Shown piece after piece: positions 30,005 to 40,648 of a stretch of DNA of 64,000 nt (the stretch's first letter is position 1; each line of letters starts with the position of its first letter). The DNA is taken from positions 1-64,000 of the forward strand of contig JBBIRS010000007.1 in the NCBI GenBank assembly GCA_037441675.1, read 5' to 3'. The position numbers were made by a program, and so were the translations under genes. Source of the DNA: Planctomycetales bacterium (GTDB lineage Bacteria; 4484-113). The notes below the pieces were generated by a model that did no database searches, was not told the origin of the DNA, and saw only the letters and a list, made by a program, of their open reading frames with translations.

Positions 30005-33000
30005 GTGTTAAGGTTAAAGAAGATAGAGCTTAACGGATTTAAGAGCTTCGCGGAGCCGATCACCATTGAGGTTGAAGAGAACTTGCTAGGAATAGTTGGA
30101 CCCAACGGCTCGGGTAAATCAAACATCCTTGACGCAATTCATTGTGTTTTTGGTGAACAGAAACCGTCCATAATGCGAGTCTCAAAGATTGCGGACTTAA
30201 TCTTTAATGGAACCCAAACTCACCCCGCGGTCGGTGCCTGCCGAGTAAACCTTACCTTTGAATATGTAAATAGAGAAGAAGCAAGAAAGGCGGTTAAATC
30301 TCAGACGGAAGAAACGCTGGAAATTGCGGATGTGGATTTTGCGCTAATTGATGAGCTTGATGAAGCTTTGGCTTACGCGTCATCTCCACCGGGAAGCGCG
30401 CTGATGGAAATGACTATTTCCGATGAAGCATCGCTGCCTCACGATGAAGAAGCTGTAGACCCAGTTGAACTTACCCCAGGTTGCGAGTTGACAATATCTC
30501 GCTCCGTTTACCGCGACGGAACTTCTGAGTACTTCCTGAATGGGAAAAAGACAAGTCTCTCCGTCATTGATAAATTTTTTGCGAAGTTTCAGCTAGGTAG
30601 GCTGGCGACTTTTAGCATAAATCAAGGCGAGGTGGAGAGAAAGCTACTATCGTCCCCAACGGAAATAAGGGAGTGGTTAGGTGAGGCAAGCGGGGTAGCG
30701 ATACTGTTAAGGGCGAAAGCTTCCTGCGAAAGAAAGTTGGACAGAACTGAACAAAATCTTACCCGTGTTAGGGATATCCTTGCAACATTGAAAGATGAGG
30801 TGGAGAGCTTAAAATTTCAGGCTGAGAACGCAATAAAGGCACAGTATCTAAAGAATTTGGAATGGCAGATTCAAGCGAGACTTTTGGGTAGCAAGCTTTC
30901 TCTCTCGTTAAAAAGGTTGGAGAAGGCGGAATATGAAAGGAATAACTTTAAGGAGAGAGCGTTTAACCTTGCGGTTTCAATGGAAAGCCTAAAGAGTGAA
31001 AGCGATGAAACGGAGGAAAAACTCACTGAGCTTGAACGGGAAGAGAAGATACTTGAAGATAAGTCGAAAGGCTTGCGGGATGAAGAAACAAGAAGGATGA
31101 TTGACGCAAGCATTCTTTCGGAGAAGGAGAAAAGTTTACGAGAAAAACTCGCGGAGATAGCTGAAAGAATAAAGACTGAAAAGGCGGAGCTTGAAAAGCT
31201 AAAATACGATTTGAACATGAATGTAAAGGAGCTAGTTGCATCGGAAGATGAGCTTAGAAAGCTTACAGGCGAGGAGGAAGAGATAAATGCTGAACTTTCA
31301 AGGCTGAAAGCAACCCTCGCATTTTCCGTTGATGAGATGAACGAGCTTGCGGATAATTTGGGAGAGTCAGAGAGGGAACTTGCGGTTTACCTTGAAAGGG
31401 CAAGGTCGCTTGAGGCGGAACGGGACAACCTATCGGAAAGGCTTCAACAGTTAATCAATTACGAGGCGGAAAACAGCGAAGCCCTTGAAGTAATTAGAAA
31501 GAACGTCAAAGAGCTGATGGAGGCACAGAAGACGCAAAACCTTTCCCTTTCAGAGGAAGAGAAAAAGATTGGAAGAGTAAAGGATGAGCTCGAGAAAAAG
31601 AGGAAAGAGTTACTTCAATTGGAACAGATGCGAGCGGATTTGAGAGAAAAGTTATCCGCATTGCGGACTGCGCACGAGAATTACGATGAACTGCGCGCCG
31701 AATTTTACCGAATTGAACAAGAATTGCCTGAATCGCTACTTGTGACACCTCTTCTAGATCTTATCGCATTTTCTCGGGAATGGTCACAGGCGGTCGCCTC
31801 CGCTCTCGGCGAAGCTGCGGAGGGATTTGTCACCGAAGAAAGCCTGGAGAAGGTGGAAAGCTCTTCCGGCTCCGGCGTGTTTATAATTCCTGAACCTAGT
31901 GTCGAGGATAAAGGAAAACTTTCACATTCAGATGTTATTGAAACAAAAGAAGAAGAACGAGCTAGCCATTCGCATGTTGTCTATGAATCCCTCTGGGACA
32001 AGATTCACGGAAGGCAGGAAGTTATTAACGCGCTAAGGCGTGGGCTTGGCGAGTTCGCCATTTGCGATGACACCAAGAGCGGTTGGAAGCTATTGGCGGA
32101 ATGCAAAGAAGTTTCAGCGGTTGTAATTCGTGGAAAATCAATGATACTTCGTCGCGGGCTTATCAAGAAGGGGGCATCCCCCAAGGGAAGCGCACTCTTT
32201 GCCAAACACTCTGAGCTTCCCGTAATTAAGGATGAAATTGATAAGTTGGAGCAGAAGGTTACCGAGCTTCGTGAGAGGATTAACCAGGTGAAGCGAGAGG
32301 AGCAAAGGCTCTCTGCGGAAATTGTCGTTTCTGAGAAAACCGTACGAAATCTGCAATCTCTGCTTATTGAAACTAAAACAAGAATTTCCGGACTTACCTC
32401 TCGAGATACCACCATTTCGGAGCAGGTGGAAAGAACATCCAAGGAGAAAAAGGAGGTTGAGGAAAGGCTGGCGGTAGTTGTTAATGAGCTCAACGAGGTG
32501 GCGAGCGAAATGGAAATTGCGCAGGCAAAGAGGGATAGACTCCTCAAAGAAAAGCTGTCCGCAGAATCATCTCTAAAGGAGCAAAGAGAGAAGTTAAGCG
32601 AGATAGAGTTGAAGTATAAGAACGTCTCGGATAGTAGAGTTCAGCTTGCCTTAAAAGTTGATGCCCTATTAAGTGAAATCTCAAAATTTAGGGAAAAGCT
32701 TACGGAAGTTAATGAAAATGTGGAAAACCTTGAACTGCAGTATAAAGAGAGCGAGAGTGAACTTGCTAAGGTCTTATCCGATGTGGAAAACGCGTCTCAA
32801 AGGGTTAATGAGGTGATAAGGGAGAGGGAGGAGAAAGAGTTTGAGTTGGCTAAATTGCGGGAAAAGGAGGAAGAGCTTGTTGAGCAGAGGGAAAAACTCC
32901 GCAGAGAACTTTCGGCGGTGGAAGAATCTCTCAAGAAGTTTAGCGGTGGGACTAGTGAAATAGATGAGCACCTCTGGCAGGCAAAGCAGAACTTTAGCGA

Positions 33001-33868
33001 GGCGGTTAAAGAAATTCACCAGAGGTTGGGAGTGAGCATTAGGAGTATGTATAACTCTTTGCGCAAGGATTTTTGCGCGCCAGCTATTCAACCTTCGGAT
33101 TTCTTCCCTACTACAGCTGAAGAGAAGGCTTTAGAGGAAGGAGTGCAGGAGGGTAGCGCCTATCCCCTTGTGTATTACGATGAAACTTCGGAAAATAAGA
33201 TGAAGGAGGAGCTTTTGCGGGTGCAAAAGGCTCTTCAGAATCTCGGGGATGTTAATCCTTTCGCTCCAAAGAGCTATCAGGAGAAGAAGGACTATTACGA
33301 TTTTCTCGCAAGAGAGCGTGAAGAGCTTACTCTTACGCTCAAGGAACTAAGGGCGCTCATCCGTTCCCTGGATGAGAAAACTAAGGATAGATTTGTAAGG
33401 AGTCTCAAGCAGATTGAGGCGAAGTTCAACGAACTTTTCGTTAGACTTTTTGGTGGCGGGTTTGCACGGTTTCGCCTAACTGAACCAGAGGATGTTACTG
33501 CAAGCGGAATTGAGGTAGAGGTGCAACTTCCGGGTGGTAGACGTCAGAATATCCGCGCGCTTTCAGGTGGCGAGAGAAGCCTCCTGTTCATTGCGCTGTT
33601 CTTGGCGGTTCATATCACTAGACCCGGAAGCTTCTGCGTTCTGGATGAGGTGGACGCGGCACTTGATGACTTAAATGTCGCCCGCTTCACTCGCCTGATA
33701 CAGGAGCTTGCCCAAAATGAGCAGTTCATTGTGATTACCCACAACAATAGAACTATGCGAGTAATGGAAAGGCTCATCGGGGTCGTGCATCAACCAAGGG
33801 GCGTGAGCAAGATAATTGACGTAAGCCTGAAGCAGGCGGAAGCTTACGCTGATAGAGGTGCCGCGTAG
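30005..33868 (+). CDS. smc: Chromosome segregation protein SMC
   Basis: GFKSF, GPNGSGKSN, long coiled coils, LSGGE, LDEVDAALD, ITH; followed by ftsY. Confidence 0.93.
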   Translation: MLRLKKIELNGFKSFAEPITIEVEENLLGIVGPNGSGKSNILDAIHCVFGEQKPSIMRVSKIADLIFNGTQTHPAVGACRVNLTFEYVNREEARKAVKSQTEETLEIADVDFALIDELDEALAYASSPPGSALMEMTISDEASLPHDEEAVDPVELTPGCELTISRSVYRDGTSEYFLNGKKTSLSVIDKFFAKFQLGRLATFSINQGEVERKLLSSPTEIREWLGEASGVAILLRAKASCERKLDRTEQNLTRVRDILATLKDEVESLKFQAENAIKAQYLKNLEWQIQARLLGSKLSLSLKRLEKAEYERNNFKERAFNLAVSMESLKSESDETEEKLTELEREEKILEDKSKGLRDEETRRMIDASILSEKEKSLREKLAEIAERIKTEKAELEKLKYDLNMNVKELVASEDELRKLTGEEEEINAELSRLKATLAFSVDEMNELADNLGESERELAVYLERARSLEAERDNLSERLQQLINYEAENSEALEVIRKNVKELMEAQKTQNLSLSEEEKKIGRVKDELEKKRKELLQLEQMRADLREKLSALRTAHENYDELRAEFYRIEQELPESLLVTPLLDLIAFSREWSQAVASALGEAAEGFVTEESLEKVESSSGSGVFIIPEPSVEDKGKLSHSDVIETKEEERASHSHVVYESLWDKIHGRQEVINALRRGLGEFAICDDTKSGWKLLAECKEVSAVVIRGKSMILRRGLIKKGASPKGSALFAKHSELPVIKDEIDKLEQKVTELRERINQVKREEQRLSAEIVVSEKTVRNLQSLLIETKTRISGLTSRDTTISEQVERTSKEKKEVEERLAVVVNELNEVASEMEIAQAKRDRLLKEKLSAESSLKEQREKLSEIELKYKNVSDSRVQLALKVDALLSEISKFREKLTEVNENVENLELQYKESESELAKVLSDVENASQRVNEVIREREEKEFELAKLREKEEELVEQREKLRRELSAVEESLKKFSGGTSEIDEHLWQAKQNFSEAVKEIHQRLGVSIRSMYNSLRKDFCAPAIQPSDFFPTTAEEKALEEGVQEGSAYPLVYYDETSENKMKEELLRVQKALQNLGDVNPFAPKSYQEKKDYYDFLAREREELTLTLKELRALIRSLDEKTKDRFVRSLKQIEAKFNELFVRLFGGGFARFRLTEPEDVTASGIEVEVQLPGGRRQNIRALSGGERSLLFIALFLAVHITRPGSFCVLDEVDAALDDLNVARFTRLIQELAQNEQFIVITHNNRTMRVMERLIGVVHQPRGVSKIIDVSLKQAEAYADRGAA

Positions 33869-34795
33869 GTGATTGTTTCCTTCAAGGAGATTTTAGCTAA
33901 GTCCTCGCAAGGATTCTCAAGAATTTTACGGCGTGAAGAAAAAGAGAATAAAATCTCCACGGAGTTTCTGCAAGAACTTGAGGACACATTGGTATTGGCG
34001 GATGTTGGTGTTGAGCTTGCAAGTTCGTTAATCAAAGAGATTCGGCGAAAATGGAATTCTCAAAAAATAACAACAAAGGAAGAGGCGAAAGAAATGCTTG
34101 TGCAAGCGCTGATTGATACTGTGAATCTTCCCAAGCCTGAATCGCTTTTATACGAAGATAAGCTGAACGTGTATCTCTTTGCTGGAGTAAACGGGGTGGG
34201 CAAGACCACAATTTTGGCGAAATTCGCCCACAGGCTGATGAAGGCTGGAGTTAGGGTTATTTCTGCCTGCGCGGATACATTTCGTGCGGCGGCGGCAGAG
34301 CAACTTACCATCTTGGGCAAGCAGGTTGGCTTTCCAGTTGTCGCAGGCGAGAGGAATGTCGAGCCTGCAAGCGTTGTATTTCATGGCTTTGAAAGGGCGG
34401 TTAGCGAGGGCTATTCCGCGCTCCTAATTGACACCGCAGGAAGAATGCAGACTAAGAAGAATTTGATGGATGAGCTTGGCAAAATTTCACGAGCTAGCAG
34501 AAAAGCTCTTTCTAAGATGGACGTGGATGAGAAGAAAATAAATGAGATGAATTTTCTCGTCCTTGACGGGACAACGGGTCAGAACGCGATTGCGCAGGCG
34601 AAGGTATTTTCCGAAGCGGTTGCACTCACTGGAATCATCCTCAACAAAATTGATGGCACGGCAAAGGGAGGGGTAATCTTCCCAGTGGTGGAGGCAACTC
34701 GCTTGCCGGTTCTTTTTCTCGGCTGTGGCGAAGAAATTGAGGATATCTTGGAGTTTGACGCAATTGAGTTCGTGCGAAATTTGCTTGGTGTGTGA
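33869..34795 (+). CDS. ftsY: SRP receptor FtsY
   Basis: GVNGVGKTT, DTFRAAA, DTAGR, DGTTGQN, KIDGTAKGG. Confidence 0.95.
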   Translation: MIVSFKEILAKSSQGFSRILRREEKENKISTEFLQELEDTLVLADVGVELASSLIKEIRRKWNSQKITTKEEAKEMLVQALIDTVNLPKPESLLYEDKLNVYLFAGVNGVGKTTILAKFAHRLMKAGVRVISACADTFRAAAAEQLTILGKQVGFPVVAGERNVEPASVVFHGFERAVSEGYSALLIDTAGRMQTKKNLMDELGKISRASRKALSKMDVDEKKINEMNFLVLDGTTGQNAIAQAKVFSEAVALTGIILNKIDGTAKGGVIFPVVEATRLPVLFLGCGEEIEDILEFDAIEFVRNLLGV

Positions 34796-34862
34796 TGCAA
34801 TCGTCATTGTCGCAGTTCCTCGCCGGTTTCCCCCGGTAGAGGGAAGTGCAGTCTTAAGTTGT

Positions 34863-35095
34863 CCTGTCTTAATCGTTATTCGTTAAATCTGTAGGGAGAC
34901 CACCTGTGGGTCGCCGTCATCCCATTCATCTTGGGGGGCAGATGTCCCCTTCAGGGTGAACCCGCCCTCAATGTTGGGTGAGACAACGACTAGGTATAAA
35001 ACCCCGCCCTACAATCACGGCGTCATACAAGTTGACGCCCCGCCTATTGCGGGCAAGCCCGCCATTGCGAGTAAACCCTCCGCCCCACAGGGGAG
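34863..35095 (+). repeat. REP-like composite element
   Basis: Inverted AAGATGAATG..GACGGCGACCCACAGG module, CCCCTTCAGGGTGAACCCGCCC, GTTGGGTGAGACAACG, CCCGCCCTACA. Confidence 0.75.
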
Positions 35096-35175
35096 TGGGA
35101 AGGCTTTGCAGTGCAAATTTTACAAAAATTTGATAATCTTGTATCCTCAATAAATTTTGAAGGTCGTGAAAATAA

Positions 35176-38088
35176 ATGAAAACTAAAACTTATCTTAGTT
35201 CCCGCACATTAATCGCTGTCAATCTCGCGATTCTATTAGTTAGCTGTGCCAAATCAAATTTAGGATTGATAAGTGGCACAACGGGCAGTTTCTCAAGCCG
35301 ATACCCTCCAACATTTTCTCAAAATGCACAAGCTAATCTTAAATCTATTGATTCTGTCATTTCCGAACTAATGAATATGCCTAAACCTGATGGGGTTAGT
35401 GAGGAGGATTACAGGCTAATTAAGGAAGCCTTACGCGCTGAGCTAATTTCCCATGGAATTTCCAGATTAGCCTTGAAGGCGCCAACGGGGGCAGTGAACA
35501 AGGTCAACGATATATCCATAACGGATAACCGCAACGGGACGGTTGACATCTCATGGTCTTATCGTAATCAGGGCGATTACAACCAGGATGGCACGGTTAA
35601 CATTTCTGATGTATCAATACTGGCAACGCACTTTCATCGGAAGAAGAATCCGCAGACTTTAGAATGGGATGACCCTGTTGACGAAGTGATTGACGGTGAT
35701 GGTTCAGGGGTAATCAACATTAGCGACGTCTCACCGCTTGCACTTGGCTTTTTCAGCAACGTTAGCTTTTACCGATTGTTCGGCGCGCCCTCGCCTGAGG
35801 GCCCTTTTACTCCCATTGTTGATATTCCATTCCTAAGCGGAACGGGGGCTGGAAGGAAGATTTTCACCGCTGAAGATATTTCATCCCCGCCTAACTTCTT
35901 GAAGGTTCAACCCTTTGACAGTCGGGGCAATGGAGGCATTGAATCAGACATAGTGCCCCTTTCAGCGGAAGAACCACCCCACATTCTTGGCGTTGCTCCA
36001 CTTAGGGGACAGGCTGGTGAGAGCGTTACATTCATAGCAACAGTAGTTGGCACTCCTCCGTTCACTTATCTCTGGGATTTCGGTGGTGGCGCATCGCCAA
36101 ATACTAGCTCTGATGAAACACCTTCTGTCACGCTTTCCTTTACTCCTGCAATCTATCAGGCTAGCTTGAGCGTGTCAAACGAGTTCGGAAGCGACACCCT
36201 TAACTTTGATTTGGAAGTTTTTGCTGAACAAACACTTAGCCTAGCTCTCGGCGAGGTTATTGAACTAGCTGGAATAACTGGCGAAGAAAACCTGCTTCTT
36301 TCCACTTCCGAGGATGAGGAGTACGTGCTAGTCTTGTCTGGAATAAGCCAAGTTGAGGAGGGAAATGTTCCACCTGATTTCACCGCTGAGGTGGGCTATG
36401 GAGCAGGCGGGGTTAGCAAGATGACACATTCTATTCAGAGGCATAACTTTTCGCGGGGGCTTCGTGGCGATTATCATCAGTCAGATATACACACTAAGTC
36501 TGAACTTGAAGAAATACTAAAGAAGATACCAAAGAAGCGTAAAGCGGTTCAAAGGCGGGTGAGTAATATTGGTGATACAAGGCTATTCAGATTTGCTTTC
36601 AACCCATCCGCAGAGGCAAAGACCGCAACTTTGCGCGCTGAAGCTTCACTCTGTGAGCTTTGGGTGGATGATAGAGTTCCCCTAAGTGGAGAAGATGGTA
36701 TCTCAACGTCTTTTCTAAACACTATGGTGGGTTACGTCAACGATGTAATAATTCCCCGGGAACTTGAGAAGTTTGGCGCGCTATATGAGCCTGACAACGA
36801 TGGAAAGCTAATTATTCTATTCACCATTGAAATAAATAAACTTCCAGGCGCTATAGGCGGATTCTTTAGCGAAAAGGACTTCTTTCCGGAGGTGTACCCA
36901 GAAGGGAATGGAGCGGATATTGTTTACGTTCAAGTTCCTGATACAAGAGGTGTTTATGATTCAGGTTGGATTGTGACGCAGGAGGAGTTTCAGGCTTCTG
37001 CGCCTGCTATTGTTGCGCATGAGCTTCAGCATTTAATCAACTCAAGTAATCACATTCGTTTTTGGGAGACGCACGGAGGTCCTCAATTCTTTGAGGAGTT
37101 TTGGCTGAATGAAGCATTATCACACTTTGCGGAGGATTTCACTGGCTTTCAACCACCAAACAACTTTACCTCGCCGGAGGCTTTTCTCAGCACTTCACCA
37201 TGGGTTTACCTGCCTGGGGGAGACGAGGAAAATCCCATACCTGAAAGGCGAGGTGCGGGGTATCTCTTCCTTCGCTACTTAATTGATCGCTTCGGCTCAA
37301 GCATCCTAAGCGATTTATCCATGCGTGATGAGGATGTTGAGATATTGAAGGGCTGGGAAAACGTTGAAAACGCATGCGGTGCGCCTCTTGGGGAACTCTT
37401 ACTCTCATGGGGAATGGCTATGGAGCTTAGTAGTCTGAACGTTGATCCACAAAACAGCGTTTACACTTATCGCCCCGTGAGCATTGATTCTCAAACTCAA
37501 GCCCAACACGGCATCCGCTTTCGTTCTATGAATCAGCCTTTCAGCGGGGAAGCAAAAGCTGTATCCGAGCCTCTTTTCTTTACGCTAAGTCCTGACACTG
37601 CATCCAGTCTAGCTCTTACCGCTAAGGTGAATACGCTTCTCTTTTTCAGGCTGGTGAATTTAACGCCAAGAAATTCTGCGAGGCTTTCCATACGAAATTC
37701 TTCGCCCTATCCCATAAGTGCACTCTTGGCTCGTGTGGACACTGGTGAGTTTCTAGCGGAGCCAGCTGGTGATTTAACTCCAGGCAAAGTGGTACTGGCT
37801 AATCTTTCAAGTCCTTCCGAGCTCGATGAGTTTAACCTTCAAGGGGTAGCAGGTTTTTACATCTTTCGGCTTGTCGCACTTAGTCCCACGATTGAAAACT
37901 TCACGTTTACCATCGTAGATACGGAGTTTCCCAATATGGTTTTTCATCCTTACAACAGTGACGAGCCACCGCCGGGTGTTTACATCGCTAGAATTGAAAT
38001 CCAAAATAGTGGCACTTATCCATTGAAAATTGCGTCAACGAACAACCAAACAGGCTGGTATAGCTTCCAAGTGATAGAAGCAAGATAG
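35176..38088 (+). CDS. Large lipoprotein: dockerin-like Ca-binding repeats, PKD domain and zinc metallopeptidase (M30/M6-like)
   Basis: Lipobox LLVSC; GDYNQDGTVNISDV and DGDGSGVINISDV; YLWDFGGG PKD motif; AHELQHLI...WLNEALSH. Confidence 0.7.
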   Translation: MKTKTYLSSRTLIAVNLAILLVSCAKSNLGLISGTTGSFSSRYPPTFSQNAQANLKSIDSVISELMNMPKPDGVSEEDYRLIKEALRAELISHGISRLALKAPTGAVNKVNDISITDNRNGTVDISWSYRNQGDYNQDGTVNISDVSILATHFHRKKNPQTLEWDDPVDEVIDGDGSGVINISDVSPLALGFFSNVSFYRLFGAPSPEGPFTPIVDIPFLSGTGAGRKIFTAEDISSPPNFLKVQPFDSRGNGGIESDIVPLSAEEPPHILGVAPLRGQAGESVTFIATVVGTPPFTYLWDFGGGASPNTSSDETPSVTLSFTPAIYQASLSVSNEFGSDTLNFDLEVFAEQTLSLALGEVIELAGITGEENLLLSTSEDEEYVLVLSGISQVEEGNVPPDFTAEVGYGAGGVSKMTHSIQRHNFSRGLRGDYHQSDIHTKSELEEILKKIPKKRKAVQRRVSNIGDTRLFRFAFNPSAEAKTATLRAEASLCELWVDDRVPLSGEDGISTSFLNTMVGYVNDVIIPRELEKFGALYEPDNDGKLIILFTIEINKLPGAIGGFFSEKDFFPEVYPEGNGADIVYVQVPDTRGVYDSGWIVTQEEFQASAPAIVAHELQHLINSSNHIRFWETHGGPQFFEEFWLNEALSHFAEDFTGFQPPNNFTSPEAFLSTSPWVYLPGGDEENPIPERRGAGYLFLRYLIDRFGSSILSDLSMRDEDVEILKGWENVENACGAPLGELLLSWGMAMELSSLNVDPQNSVYTYRPVSIDSQTQAQHGIRFRSMNQPFSGEAKAVSEPLFFTLSPDTASSLALTAKVNTLLFFRLVNLTPRNSARLSIRNSSPYPISALLARVDTGEFLAEPAGDLTPGKVVLANLSSPSELDEFNLQGVAGFYIFRLVALSPTIENFTFTIVDTEFPNMVFHPYNSDEPPPGVYIARIEIQNSGTYPLKIASTNNQTGWYSFQVIEAR

Positions 38089-38192
38089 GATGATTGGGCT
38101 CTGATAGCAACCCACGCGCTGTTTAATTTTGGTGAAACAGCAAAAGCTATTGCGGTAGCTAAAGAGAGATGAGGGCTAGCACATTTAACTTT

Positions 38193-39239
38193 TCAGTAGA
38201 CCTCTACCGCCTGGGTTGAAGCTACGAAGCTTTTACCCTCCTCCCCCTTGACTACGATAAAGATGTAGTATAGACCGGGCTTTGCTAAATCGTTCACATT
38301 CATAGCCTTGCTTGGGGAGTTTATATCTTGCCCATAGGCATCCATAAATGCTTCAGAGATGCTAAACTCCCCGTGAACTCTGTTTCTTGCTCGGTCATAA
38401 TTAACATAGTAAGCGGTGGGTAGGTCTTTCAGCTTCCTTATGTATTTTTCGCTGAATGGAAGTATCCCTAAAGTCGCGTTAGGTAATTTGTATCCACTAA
38501 GCTCTGAGTTAAGCACATCAGGCTTTTGCGGTTTTGGAAAGTCATCTCTAGCAATAAGGATAGTGTCAAAAGTAAATCCATCCTGTATGTTTCCCGCAAT
38601 TCTCAGTTTATCGTTAGCGCTGATCCGCGAGGGAATTTTCTCAAAATCTGCGTAATCATCAACGAACTCCTGAGCAGCGGTTAGAGTTGTTCTACTCTCG
38701 GTTCTCTCTATGTAAATCGCGATGCCAACCTGGTTATGAACGGGATTGAGGATGTTCTTGCGGTGTCCTTCACTTTCCATCCAACCGTTAAAGATGTCCT
38801 CCACTAGCTTCTCCGTGAGATAAGCGTCAAGTCCCCACTCCCAATAGGCGAGGTTTTCGCTAATGTGGTCTGTTCCCCCAACGCGGTTGAAGCGCTTTAT
38901 AGGTAGGTCGCCATTTAAGCTTAGATGAGAGATGAAGTGGTTGGTTGCCATTTCCCTCGCATGCGCGTAACCTGCTCTTCTTGCGATGGCATTTGGACGA
39001 AGGGGAATGAGCCCTGCCTCTTTCCTGACTTTATTTACAAGCATAAGTAGAATCTCCTCTGCTCTTTCCTCGCTAATCTGTTCGGTTTCAGCTCCGTATT
39101 TCCTTATGAACTCTTCCTTTGTGATTTTTTGCTCAGTCCACTTTCCCTTGTCAGAGCTTGCTAATGTAAATATTGGGCTGAGCCCAATTATTGCCACAGA
39201 GAGAATAATTAACGCGGTTATGTATCTTAGTCTAAACAC
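38193..39239 (-). CDS. Exported CAP/SCP domain protein
   Basis: LVNKVRKEAGL, HAREM, SENLA, WMESEGHRKNIL, VGI. Confidence 0.85.
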   Translation of the reverse strand: MFRLRYITALIILSVAIIGLSPIFTLASSDKGKWTEQKITKEEFIRKYGAETEQISEERAEEILLMLVNKVRKEAGLIPLRPNAIARRAGYAHAREMATNHFISHLSLNGDLPIKRFNRVGGTDHISENLAYWEWGLDAYLTEKLVEDIFNGWMESEGHRKNILNPVHNQVGIAIYIERTESRTTLTAAQEFVDDYADFEKIPSRISANDKLRIAGNIQDGFTFDTILIARDDFPKPQKPDVLNSELSGYKLPNATLGILPFSEKYIRKLKDLPTAYYVNYDRARNRVHGEFSISEAFMDAYGQDINSPSKAMNVNDLAKPGLYYIFIVVKGEEGKSFVASTQAVEVY

Positions 39240-39292
39240 GAAGGATAAAAATTATAACTATAAGAGCTTATCAAGACAAGTTGCTTAATCTA

Positions 39293-40648
39293 TTAGATTG
39301 CCCAGTAGAGTTCCGCTGGATTTTTTCGGTTCACTATTGGCGGTTTGCCGGTGAAGCACTCTTTGGCATAGTGCATATCAAGAACGCCTGATATTTTCGG
39401 ATTGAGAATCTCTTTAGCATCGGAAAAGATTGCATTAGAGGCGACTCTCTTCACGCCTATTAAAATATGGGCAAAAAGTCTCTCAACGCTGGGAAGAAAG
39501 ACTCTATTTACTCTCTGTCTAATCTCTGAGAACTTAATAAAACTCAGGCGAGCCTTTTCCCGAAACTTCAAGTCCTCATTCTTGAATTCTTCTTCTGAAA
39601 GATTAAAGCCAACCTTCTTTAGCGCTTCCATTTCCCTACCCTGAGATATCAAGGAGAATGATAGTAACTCCGCAAGCAGAGGTTCCGCAGTTGGGTCAAC
39701 TTTTTCAATTTCTACCTCATTGAGAGGCTCATCCGTGGACCACTTATAGATCAACCTTACAAGAAGAGAAAAACCCTCCTTCGCCAGCAGAATTTCCTCA
39801 CGGCTAGCAAGGTTACTAGCCTCCAAGAAGAGGTAAAGTGAGTAATTCTCCTCGAAGCTAAAATGGCTAGGAAGAAAAATTCCAAGGGCCTTCTGGTTTA
39901 TCTCGCTTCCATTAAGAAAATTCAAAAAGTTTTCCACTAGCCTAAATTCAGCGCTAGTTTCAGGAAGAAAAAGATCTTTAATGTCGCCAAAGATTCCAAA
40001 CCCGTGATGCGGATTTTCAACAAGAGCTTCAAGGATGCATCTTACGATATGGAGGCGCTTGTCCCCCCTTGAGATTGCGCGAACATCCAAGTAGGTTCTC
40101 GTGTATTCCTCCATCTCTCCTTCCAAAACAAAGGAGCACATATTAAAAATGCCAGCCTTCACCAGGTTGTTTCTTATCTCATCAACTTCCCTCTGCTGTT
40201 TTTCGTAACTGGCGTTTGCCTCATCTAGAGATTTGACAATCTTATTGCGCTCCTGTTCCACTTCAGTAACTTTAAGCTGAGCGGATGCAACCATTTCATC
40301 CAGCGCGCGAATTTTTTCCTCATACTCCTTCTCCTTCTTAGTCTTCAGGGTGAGGAAAAAGACGCGCCTAGGTTTGGGTCTTGGATTATGTTCCTCAAAT
40401 ATCTTTCTATCAGCTTTAACCATACTGAAACTTGCTCTAACTTTTTCCAACTTTTCCCTTAGAATCTTGGAGCTTTCTCTAAGCTCGCTCTTCTTCTTCA
40501 TAAGCTCAGTTAGTATGGAGAGGGCAAGATGGAATTTCCTTGAGAGGACTGAGAAATCCTCATTGCCAGGAGGAGGGGCGTAAATGGTGGCAAGCAGAGG
40601 AATTAAGAACTCCCTCGCGCGAAAGTTTGGCCTTAGTGGATAATGCAC
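39293..40648 (-). CDS. Hypothetical protein with an N-terminal coiled coil
   Basis: 451-aa ORF with a heptad-like K/E-rich segment; no recognisable family. Confidence 0.6.
   Translation of the reverse strand: MHYPLRPNFRAREFLIPLLATIYAPPPGNEDFSVLSRKFHLALSILTELMKKKSELRESSKILREKLEKVRASFSMVKADRKIFEEHNPRPKPRRVFFLTLKTKKEKEYEEKIRALDEMVASAQLKVTEVEQERNKIVKSLDEANASYEKQQREVDEIRNNLVKAGIFNMCSFVLEGEMEEYTRTYLDVRAISRGDKRLHIVRCILEALVENPHHGFGIFGDIKDLFLPETSAEFRLVENFLNFLNGSEINQKALGIFLPSHFSFEENYSLYLFLEASNLASREEILLAKEGFSLLVRLIYKWSTDEPLNEVEIEKVDPTAEPLLAELLSFSLISQGREMEALKKVGFNLSEEEFKNEDLKFREKARLSFIKFSEIRQRVNRVFLPSVERLFAHILIGVKRVASNAIFSDAKEILNPKISGVLDMHYAKECFTGKPPIVNRKNPAELYWAI

Noticed and set aside
32005..32547. 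Long antisense ORFs (this one, 56927-57460, 61876-62493 and similar)
   Set aside because: They lie fully opposite well-supported genes and carry no motifs; typical antisense shadows
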